From the NCBI RefSeq assembly GCF_000406145.1, contig NZ_CM001976.1, positions 4,425,175 to 4,457,174 of the forward strand: a stretch of DNA of 32,000 bases, written 5' to 3'. Position 1 is the stretch's first letter. Each line of letters opens with the position of its first letter. Shown one piece after another: positions 8,365-17,963 of the stretch. The notes under the pieces were generated by a model. The model was not told the origin of the DNA. It saw only the letters and a list, made by a program, of their open reading frames with translations, and searched no databases. Source of the DNA: Dickeya dadantii NCPPB 898 (GTDB lineage: Bacteria; Pseudomonadota; Gammaproteobacteria; Enterobacterales; Enterobacteriaceae). A program made the translations under genes and the position numbers.

Positions 8365-9357
8365 TTAATGATAATCGTTGAAGTGTTGCAAAATCCGCCC
8401 GAAGGCGTCGGCCCGCATCGCATCCTTTTCCGACAGGATGTCGTGACGAGCGCCGCGAATGACGTAAGGTCGGCCATCCGCACACGGGTGGCCGGCTGCC
8501 GCCAGCGCCTGACAAAAGGCGTCCTGACAGCGGTTATCCACCACCCGCTCCTCTTCCGCCTGCAACAGCAGCAGAGGCGTTATAATCACCGCCGCCTGTT
8601 GTAACAGTTGCGTTTCCACTTGCAGCGCTTCCCGCACCCAGTGATAAGTCGGGCCGCCGATGCGCAAATCCGGGTCATCGGCATAAAAACGCACATGGCG
8701 ACGATAGCGCGCATGGCTGTGGGTCAGCACATTCGCCATAAATGGCAACGGGCGCCACGGGCTGGTGCCGATGGCATAGTAGTCCCGTATCGCCGGGTAA
8801 CGCTCGGCCCAGTCGAGAATGCGCCAGACCAGCCAGCGCGGCATCGGCAACAGGATGCCGCACATCGGCGCGCAAAGCGCCACCGCATCGAACGCCTGCG
8901 GCTGACGCGCCAGAAACTGCGCCAGAATCGCGCCGCCCATTGAATGCGCAAGCGCGAACCGTTTGGTATAGCGCCCCGGCGCCACCTGCTGTTGCCACAG
9001 TGTCGCCACATCGTCCACATAATCGCTAAAGCGCTTAACATGACCGCGATGACGGTCTTTCAGCAACCGGCCGGAACGCCCCTGACCACGGTGGTCCATC
9101 ATCAACACGTCGTAACCGCACTGGAACAGGTCGTAGGCCGCCTCGGCATATTTCACGTAACTGTCGGTGCGGCCAGGCAACACCACTACCAGATGCTGAT
9201 GCAACGGCGAGGTAAAACGCACGAAACGGATCGGCACGTCATCCACGCCGATGAACATCCCTTCCTGACGCTGTCGCCAGAAATCCAGCAATGATCCGTT
9301 AACAAATGCAGCGTACTGCCATTCCCTGGTCAGCAGGCACTCTGGATACGGATTCAT
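8365..9357 (-). CDS. pldB: Lysophospholipase L2
   Basis: 330 aa. DFWRQR...VRFVRF...DHRGQGRSGRLL...AHSMGGAI...LLLQAEEERVVDN matches E. coli PldB, including the alpha/beta-hydrolase GxSxG motif. It lies immediately upstream of yigL, as in E. coli. Confidence 0.94.
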   Translation of the reverse strand: MNPYPECLLTREWQYAAFVNGSLLDFWRQRQEGMFIGVDDVPIRFVRFTSPLHQHLVVVLPGRTDSYVKYAEAAYDLFQCGYDVLMMDHRGQGRSGRLLKDRHRGHVKRFSDYVDDVATLWQQQVAPGRYTKRFALAHSMGGAILAQFLARQPQAFDAVALCAPMCGILLPMPRWLVWRILDWAERYPAIRDYYAIGTSPWRPLPFMANVLTHSHARYRRHVRFYADDPDLRIGGPTYHWVREALQVETQLLQQAAVIITPLLLLQAEEERVVDNRCQDAFCQALAAAGHPCADGRPYVIRGARHDILSEKDAMRADAFGRILQHFNDYH

Positions 9358-9470
9358 CAGGCTCTCCCGAGGTCAATCATGCCGAACGGATTGATTTTTG
9401 TGAGCTATAGCACAAAGACGGGCATTGGCGTATTGTGACACAAAAAACCGCAATCAGGGAGCATTCGGCC

Positions 9471-10091
9471 ATGACCCAGGACTGGTGGTTAACCTACCTC
9501 GTCACCACATTAATTCTCAGCCTGTCGCCCGGCTCCGGCGCCATCAACACCATGAGCACCAGCATCAGCCACGGTTACCGCGGCGCGATAGCCTCCATCG
9601 CCGGGCTGCAGCTGGGCCTGACTATTCACATCGTGCTGGTGGGGATCGGCCTGGGGGCGTTGCTGTCTCAATCGGTGCTGGCCTTCGACATGCTGAAATG
9701 GCTCGGCGCCGCTTACCTGATCTGGCTCGGCATCCAGCAATGGCGCAGCGCCGGCTCGCTGGACCTGCAGACGCTGGCTAACAGTATGCCGCGCCGCCGT
9801 TTATTCAAACGGGCGATTCTGGTCAACCTGACCAACCCGAAAAGCATCGTGTTTCTGGCCGCGCTGTTCCCGCAGTTTATTATCCCGCATCAGCCCCAGG
9901 CGATGCAGTATCTGGTGCTGGGCGTCACCACCGTGGTGGTCGACATCATCGTGATGATTGGCTACGCCACGCTGGCGCAGCGCATCGCGCTGTGGCTAAA
10001 AGGCCCGCGTCAGCTCAAACAGCTGAACCGGACCTTTGGTTCGCTGTTCATACTGGTCGGCGCGCTGCTGGCGACGGCCCGCAAAGCCTGA
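9471..10091 (+). CDS. rhtB: Homoserine/homoserine-lactone efflux protein (LysE/RhtB family)
   Basis: ORF 9435..10091 trimmed to ATG 9471. [39 protein letters not shown] parallels E. coli Rht[29 protein letters not shown]. 206 aa, as in E. coli. Confidence 0.93.
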   Translation: MTQDWWLTYLVTTLILSLSPGSGAINTMSTSISHGYRGAIASIAGLQLGLTIHIVLVGIGLGALLSQSVLAFDMLKWLGAAYLIWLGIQQWRSAGSLDLQTLANSMPRRRLFKRAILVNLTNPKSIVFLAALFPQFIIPHQPQAMQYLVLGVTTVVVDIIVMIGYATLAQRIALWLKGPRQLKQLNRTFGSLFILVGALLATARKA

Positions 10092-10248
10092 ATCCCGATG
10101 AGCTTACTCAGGTAAGTGATTCGGGTGAACGACAACTCTGCCGGGAGCAGATTTGAACGCAGCGTGCTGCGACCCTGAAAGGGCGAGGCCCAAGCATGGG
10201 CCGAGTAATAAAGTCAACGCACCTGCAACGTGAAGTATGACGGGTATA
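10088..10248. repeat. ERIC (enterobacterial repetitive intergenic consensus / IRU) element, long variant
   Basis: ctgaatcccgatgagcttactc matches the reverse complement of the ERIC1R primer (GTGAATCCCCAGGAGCTTACAT) at 17/22. aggtaagtgattcgggtgaacg matches ERIC2 (AAGTAAGTGACTGGGGTGAGCG) at 18/22. The right end cgcacctgcaacgtgaagtatgacgggtata matches the remembered ERIC right arm. The element overlaps the rhtB stop codon and ends exactly at the stop of the orphan gene. Confidence 0.85.
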
Positions 10249-11139
10249 TCATAAGAATATCACTTTATTATCTTTTGATGGTGGAAACCAGAAAACATCG
10301 GAAAATACGATAAAGTCTCCACCTGAATTATTTCTCTCCTGCCAACGTCTAAAATCCGAATTCCATATCGGATAAAATCCCGGATATTTATTTTCCAGTA
10401 AACCAGATAGCCCCGCAATATAATATGAAAAATAGACTACTGTCTCCACCTTATTCAAAATACGGTCTTTACTCCACACCCCTAATAATTCCGGCCTTAT
10501 AATATCAATACTATTCATTACTCTTTCATCAACAAAGTCATACGCATCTTTGAGATATACACCGATTGATTCAAGAGAAAAAATAGATTTATTTTCATGT
10601 ACAGATGTATAGCCACGCACTGCAAGTTTAAGATTTGCTTTCCCGATTGCGCCATACCAATCATTAATCGTATCCAGAATGCCGCCAACGTCAACACCAC
10701 TTACCTGTGCTGAGGCATCCAGTACTCTGGCGCTATCACTGTACCCTAGCTTCACTAATCCACCTGGAGTATATCCTTCAGATACCAGCCTTTCTTTCAG
10801 GAGTGCAATAGCGTTGTGATTGTCCCAACTTTCTTGTAATTGGTGAAATCTTTCTATTACTTGTGGGTATTTCAATGCCCAATCCATTTTTACGATGGTG
10901 TCGTTATACTCATTTTCCTTTAATGTTCTGGCATCAGTATTAAATAAGGTGTTCTTGCTTTCTATTGTCCATTTTACCGCCGGGCTGATACTAAACCAGT
11001 GTTTCATCAACTGAGGAGCAACTTTCCAGCCCATTTTCTCCATAGCGATGATAATTTGAACAAGAGGAAATGCCTTAGCGCCAGCTTTCTCCTCGTCAGT
11101 ATTGGATGCTGAAGAGGCTTTGGGGTTTTCAACCGCCAT
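10249..11139 (-). CDS. Hypothetical protein, 296 aa, in an AT-rich insertion. Function and family unassigned.
   Basis: It is the only long ORF in 10.1-11.5 kb (track ORF 10249..11259). I prefer ATG 11139 because AAGGA lies 7 nt upstream, whereas ATG 11259 has no RBS and sits upstream of the candidate promoter. No signal peptide or hydrophobic helix. Notable motifs: MEKMGWKVAPQLMKHWF, VKMDWALKYP, NSDFRRWQERNNSGGDFIVFSDVFWF. Confidence 0.75.
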   Translation of the reverse strand: MAVENPKASSASNTDEEKAGAKAFPLVQIIIAMEKMGWKVAPQLMKHWFSISPAVKWTIESKNTLFNTDARTLKENEYNDTIVKMDWALKYPQVIERFHQLQESWDNHNAIALLKERLVSEGYTPGGLVKLGYSDSARVLDASAQVSGVDVGGILDTINDWYGAIGKANLKLAVRGYTSVHENKSIFSLESIGVYLKDAYDFVDERVMNSIDIIRPELLGVWSKDRILNKVETVVYFSYYIAGLSGLLENKYPGFYPIWNSDFRRWQERNNSGGDFIVFSDVFWFPPSKDNKVIFL

Positions 11140-11188
11140 GATCGAATCCTTACCTGTTCTGGAAAACAGAATTTGACGATACTTTCTT

Positions 11189-11217
11189 TTAATATGTGAT
11201 TGTACAAATTTGTGTAA
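11189..11217 (-). promoter_or_regulatory. Candidate sigma70 promoter for the orphan gene
   Basis: Minus strand: -35 TTACAC (11217..11212), 17-nt spacer, -10 TATTAA (11194..11189). This predicts a 5' UTR of roughly 40 nt before ATG 11139. Based on pattern match only. Confidence 0.35.
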
Positions 11218-11438
11218 GCAAACCCTCAGCAATACCCGTTGAGCGTTCGCAACCGTCATTCCAGAGGAAAAATATTCAAGGTGCGTTCATTCGCTTGGTT
11301 TATCAGGCAAAAATTGCATCAGGCGCTCCGGTCAGCGATACCCCCCGGAGAGTGCCATCAACAAATATACCGCCCCGAACCAATGAGTTATTCAGGAGCC
11401 GATGCGATCAATGAGGAGAAAGCGCTAATTAGAGAGGA

Positions 11439-11468
11439 CTGGTTTCCGGTACGACTATCGGAAACCAG
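11439..11468 (-). terminator. Perfect 10-bp stem-loop downstream of rhtC (possible terminator or RNA-stability element)
   Basis: ctggtttccg (11439-11448) and cggaaaccag (11459-11468) with a 10-nt loop, 36 nt after the rhtC stop. The minus-strand tail tcctctctaatt is only moderately T-rich. Confidence 0.4.
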
Positions 11469-11503
11469 CGAATAATATCTGTAAATAAAAAAGCGGGTGG
11501 AAT

Positions 11504-12127
11504 TTAACGCGAAATAATCAGGTGGATGCCGAACCCGGTAAACAGCACGCCTGCCAGACCGTCCACCCATTTCGCCAGCCGCTGATACCCGCGGCGCATC
11601 ACCGGCAACGCAAACACCAGCGCCACCAGGCTGAACCACAGCAAGGTTTCCAGTGAAATCAGCGCGAACAGTCCCCAGCGCGCCGCCGCCCCCACGTCAT
11701 CGCCGACAAACAGCGAGAACACGCTGCCGAAATAGATCAGCGCCTTGGGGTTGGACAGGTTAGTCAGGAAACCACGCATGAAGGTTTTACCCTGCTGCGG
11801 CAACGCCACTTCGACAGTTTCCTCTCCCTGATGAGCTCGCTTACGCAGAGCCGAACGCAGCATCTGCCAGCCCATCCAGCACAAATACAGACCGCCGCCG
11901 ATCGTGACCAGACGATGCAGCCACGCCATGCGCTCCAGCAGCAGATGCAGCCCCATCAACGCGATGGCGGCCCATACCAGCACGCCCAGCGTAATCCCCA
12001 GCACGCCCATCAACGCTTCGCGGCGGGAGCGGCTGATCGCCGTCTGGGAAACAAAGAAGAAATCCGGCCCCGGACTCATCAGCGCAATCAGATGCACCAG
12101 CGCTACCGTGAGAAACAGCATCAACAT
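11504..12127 (-). CDS. rhtC: Threonine efflux protein (LysE/RhtB family)
   Basis: ORF 11504..12184 trimmed to ATG 12127, with AAGGA 6 nt upstream. MLMLFLTVALVHLIALMSPGPDFFFVSQTA parallels E. coli RhtC MLMLFLTVAMVHIVALMSPGPDFFFVSQTA. The C-terminus GFGIHLIISR is identical. Confidence 0.93.
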   Translation of the reverse strand: MLMLFLTVALVHLIALMSPGPDFFFVSQTAISRSRREALMGVLGITLGVLVWAAIALMGLHLLLERMAWLHRLVTIGGGLYLCWMGWQMLRSALRKRAHQGEETVEVALPQQGKTFMRGFLTNLSNPKALIYFGSVFSLFVGDDVGAAARWGLFALISLETLLWFSLVALVFALPVMRRGYQRLAKWVDGLAGVLFTGFGIHLIISR

Positions 12128-12187
12128 ATTCATTCCTTTTTTACGTTCCAGAGAAGGCGAAGACCCGGCCGGTAGACTAAGCACGCC

Positions 12188-14032
12188 TCAGTCATCACCG
12201 CTATCCAAATGATCGCGGATCAACGTCATAAAGGGGGTGCCAAATCGCTCCAGTTTTCGCTGGCCGACACCATTGACCGCCAGCAGCTCGCTGGCGGTGA
12301 CCGGCAGCAGTTCGGCCATTTCCAGCAGCGTAGCGTCGCTGAACACCACGTACGGCGGAATGTTGTCTTCATCCGCAATGGATTTACGCAGTTTGCGCAG
12401 TTTGGCGAACAGTTTGCGGTCGTAATTACCGCCGTAGGTTTTCTGGCTGGCGCGCGGCTTGCTCAGGCTGATAACGCGCGGCACCGCCAGTTGCAACGGC
12501 ACTTCGCCGCGCAGCACCGGCCGGGCCGATTCGGTCAGTTGCAGCGCGGAATGATGGGCGATGTTCTGCGCCAGCAACCCGAGGTGGATCAACTGACGCA
12601 AAATGCTGACCCACTGTTCCTGCGTTTTATCCTTACCCAGGCCGTACACCGGCAGTTTGTCGTGACCGAATTCGCGGATGCGCTGATTATTGGCGCCGCG
12701 CAGCACTTCGGCGATATAACCGATGCCGAACCGTTGCCCGACGCGGTAAACGCAGGACAGCGCTTTCTGCGCGTCCACCAGTCCGTCATAGCGCCGGGGC
12801 GGGTCGAGACAGACGTCGCAGTTGCCGCACGCTTGCTGGCGGTTTTCGCCGAAATAGTTGAGCAACACCAGACGGCGGCAAGTCTGCGCTTCAGCAAACG
12901 CCCCCATCGCATTCAGTTTGTGCCGCTCGATATCCAACTGCACACCGGCCGGTTTTTCTTCCAGGCAGCGGCGCAGCCAGGCCATGTCCGCCGGGTCGTA
13001 GAACAGCGCCGCCTCGGCGGGCAGGCCATCGCGCCCGGCGCGGCCGGTTTCCTGATAGTAGGATTCGATATTACGCGGGATGTCGAAATGCACCACGAAG
13101 CGCACGTTAGGTTTGTTGATGCCCATGCCGAACGCCACGGTGGCGACCACCACCTGCAGGTCGTCGCGCAGAAACGCCTCCTGCACCTGAGAGCGACGGT
13201 CGTTGTCCAGCCCGGCATGATAGGCGCCGACGCTCAGCCCGCGGTTCTGCAACCGGGCGCACAGGTCTTCCACCTTGGCCCGGCTGTTGCAATACACGAT
13301 GCCGCTCTTACCGCGCTGCCCTTGTACAAACAGCCACAGTTGGTCGAGCGGTTTGAATTTTTCCACCAGCGTGTAACGGATATTGGGACGGTCGAAACTG
13401 CTGATATTGATCAGCGGGTCGCGCAAATCCAGCAGACGGGCGATATCCTGACGGGTAGTTTCATCGGCGGTTGCGGTCAGCGCCACAATCGGCAGGGTGG
13501 GAAACTGCTGTTTAATCTGCCCCAGCGCGCGGTATTCCGGGCGAAAATCGTGCCCCCACTGGGAAATGCAGTGCGCTTCGTCGATAGCGATAAGCGTCGT
13601 GTTCCAGTGCGTCAGTTGCTCCAGAAACCCGTCGGTGGTGAGACGCTCCGGCGCGATGTACAGCAGTTTCAGTTCACCGCGACGACAAGCGCTGAACACC
13701 GCCTGCTGCTGTTCACGGGTTTGGGTGGAATTGAGGCAAGCCGCCGCCACGCCGTAAGCCTGCAACTGGTCGACCTGATCCTTCATCAGGGAGATCAGCG
13801 GCGACACTACCAGCGTCAGCCCTTCCAGCACCAGCGCCGGAATCTGATAACACAGGGACTTTCCCCCGCCGGTCGGCATGATCACCAGGCAGTCGCGCCC
13901 GCTGACGGCGGCATTGATAATGGCCTGCTGACCCGGCCGGAATTGCTGGTAGCCAAAGGTTTCACGCAGCACCTGCATCGCCAGCGTTTCTTTATTCAAT
14001 ACGTCCGCATTCAATACATCTGCCGTAGACAC
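12188..14032 (-). CDS. recQ: ATP-dependent DNA helicase RecQ
   Basis: 614 aa. [43 protein letters not shown], a zinc-binding CGNCDVC and a C-terminal HRDC region all match E. coli RecQ. The start is a GTG with a poorly spaced RBS, so the exact start is uncertain. Confidence 0.93.
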   Translation of the reverse strand: MSTADVLNADVLNKETLAMQVLRETFGYQQFRPGQQAIINAAVSGRDCLVIMPTGGGKSLCYQIPALVLEGLTLVVSPLISLMKDQVDQLQAYGVAAACLNSTQTREQQQAVFSACRRGELKLLYIAPERLTTDGFLEQLTHWNTTLIAIDEAHCISQWGHDFRPEYRALGQIKQQFPTLPIVALTATADETTRQDIARLLDLRDPLINISSFDRPNIRYTLVEKFKPLDQLWLFVQGQRGKSGIVYCNSRAKVEDLCARLQNRGLSVGAYHAGLDNDRRSQVQEAFLRDDLQVVVATVAFGMGINKPNVRFVVHFDIPRNIESYYQETGRAGRDGLPAEAALFYDPADMAWLRRCLEEKPAGVQLDIERHKLNAMGAFAEAQTCRRLVLLNYFGENRQQACGNCDVCLDPPRRYDGLVDAQKALSCVYRVGQRFGIGYIAEVLRGANNQRIREFGHDKLPVYGLGKDKTQEQWVSILRQLIHLGLLAQNIAHHSALQLTESARPVLRGEVPLQLAVPRVISLSKPRASQKTYGGNYDRKLFAKLRKLRKSIADEDNIPPYVVFSDATLLEMAELLPVTASELLAVNGVGQRKLERFGTPFMTLIRDHLDSGDD

Positions 14033-14184
14033 GCCTTCACCGATTTCACGTTATTCACTGCCCTGAAAAAGTTATTCACCGCTTTTGAAAAAAGCAAACA
14101 AGCGCTATTTTCAGCGCCGCTCGCCAAAACTGCAACGTCTGTTGCCGGGTTTTCTGCGGCGGCCCGCAGTCTCGCCGGTCAGGG

Positions 14185-15054
14185 CTAGAACATATCGTTG
14201 AGCGTCACGCCAATGCCGTAGCGGGTCTGGCGGTGATTGTAGTCAATCAACGACTCGCCGTAACCGCTGAATACCTTGGTGTAAAAACGGACATGATCGC
14301 TGATCGGGTAGCTCCATCCCAGCTCGCCGCCGCCGTAACCGGTATTCCAGTTATAACGTCCTTCGGCGCTGAAAATGCTGTCCCCCCAATGGTAGCCGAC
14401 CCGCACCCGATAATGGCCCATGTACCGGATGATGTCCGGGTTGTCGTCTTCGCTGTCATGCAGGCGCAGCCAAGGTTTCACTTCCACCTGCCAGTTGCCG
14501 TTCTGCGCCATCAGACGGGCATAGACCCGGTTCCAGCTGCGCGAGGTCGGATCGGCGCGCCCGTTGGACTGATGATTGAACCCCATCTCTACGTCGCGCA
14601 GCGTCCAGCCGGCAAAACGGTAATCGGTCGCCCAGCCAAGAAAGACCTGCGGTTCGTAGTTGGTTTCACGAAACGGCGTGGACTCGCTCTTGTTGGACAT
14701 CTGCCACCAGGAGCGCTGGGTATAAGACGCGCCCAACAGCGAGTTTTCCCCGGCAATGCCGCGCCACAGCGGAAAACCGAGGCTTAACTGGAAATTCACC
14801 TCGTCTTTGCGAGCGTGGTCGGCCCAGCTGTAGCTGTCAATCGCCTGTTTATTGATGTTGCTGGTGTAGGTGTAAAGCAGGTAGTTGCTTTCATAAGGGT
14901 AAAGTATGAACGGCGTGTCGTGCTTCTGCAGCAGCCCGGCGATAATACTGCCCGGTACGGCCGGCGCATCATGGATTTCCTGAACGCGGGCTTCCTGCGC
15001 CTGGGCGGTCGCCGCCAACATCAGCGCAACAGCTATCCCACCTGATTTATACAT
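14185..15054 (-). CDS. pldA: Outer-membrane phospholipase A
   Basis: ORF trimmed to ATG 15054, giving 289 aa as in E. coli. Signal peptide ends AQAQEA. YEPQVFLGWATDYRFAGWTLRDVEMGFNHQSNGR and the C-terminal LNDMF match E. coli PldA. Confidence 0.94.
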   Translation of the reverse strand: MYKSGGIAVALMLAATAQAQEARVQEIHDAPAVPGSIIAGLLQKHDTPFILYPYESNYLLYTYTSNINKQAIDSYSWADHARKDEVNFQLSLGFPLWRGIAGENSLLGASYTQRSWWQMSNKSESTPFRETNYEPQVFLGWATDYRFAGWTLRDVEMGFNHQSNGRADPTSRSWNRVYARLMAQNGNWQVEVKPWLRLHDSEDDNPDIIRYMGHYRVRVGYHWGDSIFSAEGRYNWNTGYGGGELGWSYPISDHVRFYTKVFSGYGESLIDYNHRQTRYGIGVTLNDMF

Positions 15055-15278
15055 GTGCGTACTCTCCCAAAGGATCAAGATAGTAATGTGAATTGGATAA
15101 CGAACTGAAAATAATGGCGGATAGTGTACACAGGTCGCCCGGTTCGCGCAGTTTTCCTGTTGTTATATCGACCAGCGGTAGCAAGAAAGCATTACGGCGC
15201 CTAAAATAACAATTCATTAACCCATAAATACATAAAAATTAACCACCTCACCCTGCAGGCGCGACAAGAGGCTCACAC

Positions 15279-15749
15279 ATGCTTACTACACCGCTCACCC
15301 AGGACACGCTACGTCAGCGCGTCAGCGATATTTTTATTTATCAGATGCCATTCAATCAGGAGCTGGGGCTCACGCTGGAGGCATTCTCGCCGGATGCGGT
15401 TACGCTGAGTTTCCATCACCAGAACAAGCTGGTGGGCAATGCGTTGCAACAGATCCTGCACGGCGGCGTGATCGCCGCCGGTCTGGACGTGGCGGCCGGG
15501 CTGGTGTGCGTGGGCAGCGCGCTGCTGCGACATGACACCTTGAGCGAGCAGGAACTTCACCAGCGGCTGTCGCGTATGGGCACCATCGACCTGCGGGTGG
15601 ATTACCTGCGCCCCGGCCGCGGTGAGCACTTTATCCTGACCAGCCAGCTGTTGCGCGGCGGCAATAAAATCGCCGTGGCGCGAGCCGAATTACATAATGA
15701 AAAACAGTCGCATATCGCCAGCGCCATCGCCACCTACATCGTTGGCTAA
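15279..15749 (+). CDS. yigI: Hotdog-fold acyl-CoA thioesterase YigI
   Basis: 156 aa. [22 protein letters not shown]...[20 protein letters not shown]...[10 protein letters not shown] matches E. coli YigI. RBS AAGAGG. Confidence 0.92.
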   Translation: MLTTPLTQDTLRQRVSDIFIYQMPFNQELGLTLEAFSPDAVTLSFHHQNKLVGNALQQILHGGVIAAGLDVAAGLVCVGSALLRHDTLSEQELHQRLSRMGTIDLRVDYLRPGRGEHFILTSQLLRGGNKIAVARAELHNEKQSHIASAIATYIVG

Positions 15750-15849
15750 GGGCGTGTCGAACAGATATTTATCGGCACGCGGCGGCAAGACACCCACGCC
15801 GTGCTCCGGTACACTGGATGCTTATTGCGGTTTATCTGGTTTCTTATCA

Positions 15850-16770
15850 ATGAGTATGCCACAACACCGTCAGGGGATGCTGTTTGCCCTCGGCGCTTAT
15901 ATCATCTGGGGGATCGCCCCGGTTTACTTCAAACAGCTCACGCAAGTGCCGGCTGATGAAATTCTCAGCCACCGGATTATCTGGTCGTTCTTTTTCATGC
16001 TGTTGCTGCTGAGCCTCAGCCGTAAATGGGGAGTGGTGCGCAACGCCTGCCGTCGGCCGCGCCAGTTATTGCTGCTGGCGATCACCGCCATGCTGGTGGC
16101 CTGCAACTGGCTGATTTACATCTGGGCGGTTAACCATAACCATATGCTGGAAGCCAGCCTGGGCTACTTCATCAACCCGCTGGTCAGCGTGCTGCTGGGG
16201 ATGCTGTTTCTCGGGGAGCGCTTCCGCCCAACGCAATGGCTGGCGATGATGCTAGCGATGTGCGGCGTACTGGTGCAGTTGTGGACGCTCGGCTCGCTGC
16301 CGGTGATTGCGCTCGCTCTGGCCTTTAGTTTCGGTATTTACGGCCTGCTGCGCAAAAAGATCGCTATCGACGGCCAGACCGGCATGTTATTCGAAACCCT
16401 GTGGCTGCTGCCCGCCGCGCTGGTCTATCTGGAATGGCTGGCCGACTCGCCCACCAGCCATCTCAGTCAAAACCCGACATCGCTCAATCTGTTGCTGATG
16501 GCGGCCGGCATCGTCACAACCGTGCCGCTGCTGTTGTTTACCTCGGCCGCCATGCGTCTGCGGCTGTCGACGCTGGGCTTCTTTCAGTATCTGGCGCCGA
16601 CGCTGACCTTCCTGCTAGCGGTGCTGGTCTACGGCGAAACCATCACACCGGACCGGCTGGTCACCTTTGCGTTCATCTGGCTGGCGCTGGCCGTCTTCAC
16701 GCTTGACGCGCTCTATACTCAGCGGCGATTACGCCGCGCTAACCACAGCGTGACGCGAGATGTAACGTGA
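15850..16770 (+). CDS. rarD: EamA/DMT-family transporter RarD
   Basis: ORF 15697..16770 trimmed to ATG 15850 (MSMPQHRQGMLFALGAYIIWGIAPVYFK, versus E. coli RarD ...RQGVLLALAAYFIWGIAPAYFK). HMLEASLGYFINPLV and STLGFFQY are conserved. ATG 15856 is an alternative start. Confidence 0.88.
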   Translation: MSMPQHRQGMLFALGAYIIWGIAPVYFKQLTQVPADEILSHRIIWSFFFMLLLLSLSRKWGVVRNACRRPRQLLLLAITAMLVACNWLIYIWAVNHNHMLEASLGYFINPLVSVLLGMLFLGERFRPTQWLAMMLAMCGVLVQLWTLGSLPVIALALAFSFGIYGLLRKKIAIDGQTGMLFETLWLLPAALVYLEWLADSPTSHLSQNPTSLNLLLMAAGIVTTVPLLLFTSAAMRLRLSTLGFFQYLAPTLTFLLAVLVYGETITPDRLVTFAFIWLALAVFTLDALYTQRRLRRANHSVTRDVT

Positions 16771-17787
16771 CAGAATAGGGCTGAAAATCAGGGTGGAGAA
16801 CAAGCGCAGCGTCTGCATGGCGATAACGAACGCGATATCCACCCGGCTGCCGGCGGCGATAATGGCAATGGAGTCCAGCCCGCCGGGGCTGGTCGCCAGA
16901 TAGGCGGTCAGGATATCTACCGACAACAAATGCGTTATCATCAGCGCCATCCCGCCGCACAGTAGCATCAGCGTGACAATCGACATCATCATTTTCGGCA
17001 GGGTGCGCAGCGCCAGTAGGAAAACAGGGCGGGTAAACGCCAGCCCGACGCTCCAGCCAATAAACGCATAGGCCAGCGCCAGCAGCCATTCCGGCGTCTG
17101 TAATGTCAGCGTGCCGGTGGAATGCAACATGGAGCCGATAATCATCGGCCCCAGCAGTTGGCCGGAAGGAATGCGCAGCCGCCGCCCAATCCAGGCGCCG
17201 CTAAACGCCACCGCCAGCGTGGCAGGGAAACGCCAGTCCAACGCGGGGAACCAGACCATCAGCGCGCTATTGGCTTGGGCGTCTTGCCCGAGGCTGGCGC
17301 GCGCCACAAACGCCGCCGCCGCGGTCACCATCAGTACCCGCAGATACTGCATGAACGCCACCAGCCGCACATCGGCGCCGAAGTCCCCCGCCATCGCCAC
17401 CATCGCCGACGCGCCGCCCGGAGAGGCACCCCAGGTGCCGGTGGTGCCCGGCAGCTCGCTGTAGCGCATCAGCAACCAGCCCGACAGCCCGCTGGCAACC
17501 AGCGTCGACAACAGGATAAACAGGACTAATGGCCACTCTTTCACCAGCGGCGTCAGGATGGACAGGGAGAGACTTTGCGCCACCAGACAGCCCAGCACGG
17601 CATTACTGGCGAAAAACAGCGGACGGGGAATACGGATAGTGGCGCCGTTCAGGCCCATCACTACCCCTACCAGCATCGGCCCCAGCAACAGCGCCGCCGG
17701 AACATGATAAACCTGCAGACCAAACCCCAACACCAACGAAACCGACAGCAGCATGAACCATTGTGTCGACGCGGGAAACCTCTCCAT
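16729..17787 (-). CDS. AbrB-family (AidB-regulator / putative ammonia-monooxygenase-like) polytopic membrane protein
   Basis: About 352 aa and highly hydrophobic. The internal two-fold repeat typical of the family is present (PAALLLGPMLVGVVMGL near the N-terminus and SGQLLGPMIIGSMLHS in the second half). It resembles E. coli AbrB as remembered. The start is chosen at ATG 17787, and GTG 17796 is also possible. Confidence 0.75.
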   Translation of the reverse strand: MERFPASTQWFMLLSVSLVLGFGLQVYHVPAALLLGPMLVGVVMGLNGATIRIPRPLFFASNAVLGCLVAQSLSLSILTPLVKEWPLVLFILLSTLVASGLSGWLLMRYSELPGTTGTWGASPGGASAMVAMAGDFGADVRLVAFMQYLRVLMVTAAAAFVARASLGQDAQANSALMVWFPALDWRFPATLAVAFSGAWIGRRLRIPSGQLLGPMIIGSMLHSTGTLTLQTPEWLLALAYAFIGWSVGLAFTRPVFLLALRTLPKMMMSIVTLMLLCGGMALMITHLLSVDILTAYLATSPGGLDSIAIIAAGSRVDIAFVIAMQTLRLFSTLIFSPILSRYISRHAVVSAA

Positions 17788-17963
17788 GCACAGCACCTGT
17801 TACAACATCAAAGCAGAGAGGCGATTCTACCGCGGAAGCCCGTCAGACGGGCATCTATCCGTGCGAAATCTGTCCGTTATCAAAAATTGTCGGAGGAAGT
17901 CGGGCCAGGGACTCGTCGACCTTGCGGGCAACGAGTCGCCTGTCAGAGAAAAGGGCGTTGGCG

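Noticed and set aside
11140-11259. 40-codon N-terminal extension of the orphan ORF (ATG 11259)
   Set aside because: There is no purine-rich RBS before ATG 11259, whereas ATG 11139 has AAGGA at ideal spacing. The best promoter-like hexamers lie inside the extension. It is kept as an alternative start only.
11196-11475. 72-aa and 78-aa plus-strand ORFs in the spacer between the orphan gene and rhtC
   Set aside because: They overlap each other, have no RBS and show no recognisable motifs. They run through a perfect hairpin that is more likely an RNA element. I found no convincing remnant of a partner (toxin or antitoxin) gene in any frame.
12209-14188. 659-aa ORF on the plus strand spanning all of recQ
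   Set aside because: It is antisense to an unmistakable RecQ orthologue. Its translation is low-complexity and rich in R/Q/A/G/H, as expected for the reverse frame of a high-GC gene, and it has no recognisable motifs.
17797-17963. Intrinsic terminator for corA
   Set aside because: Only short stems are present (gactcgt/acgagtc and gcccg/cgggc), none followed by an adjacent T-tract. That is not enough to call a terminator.
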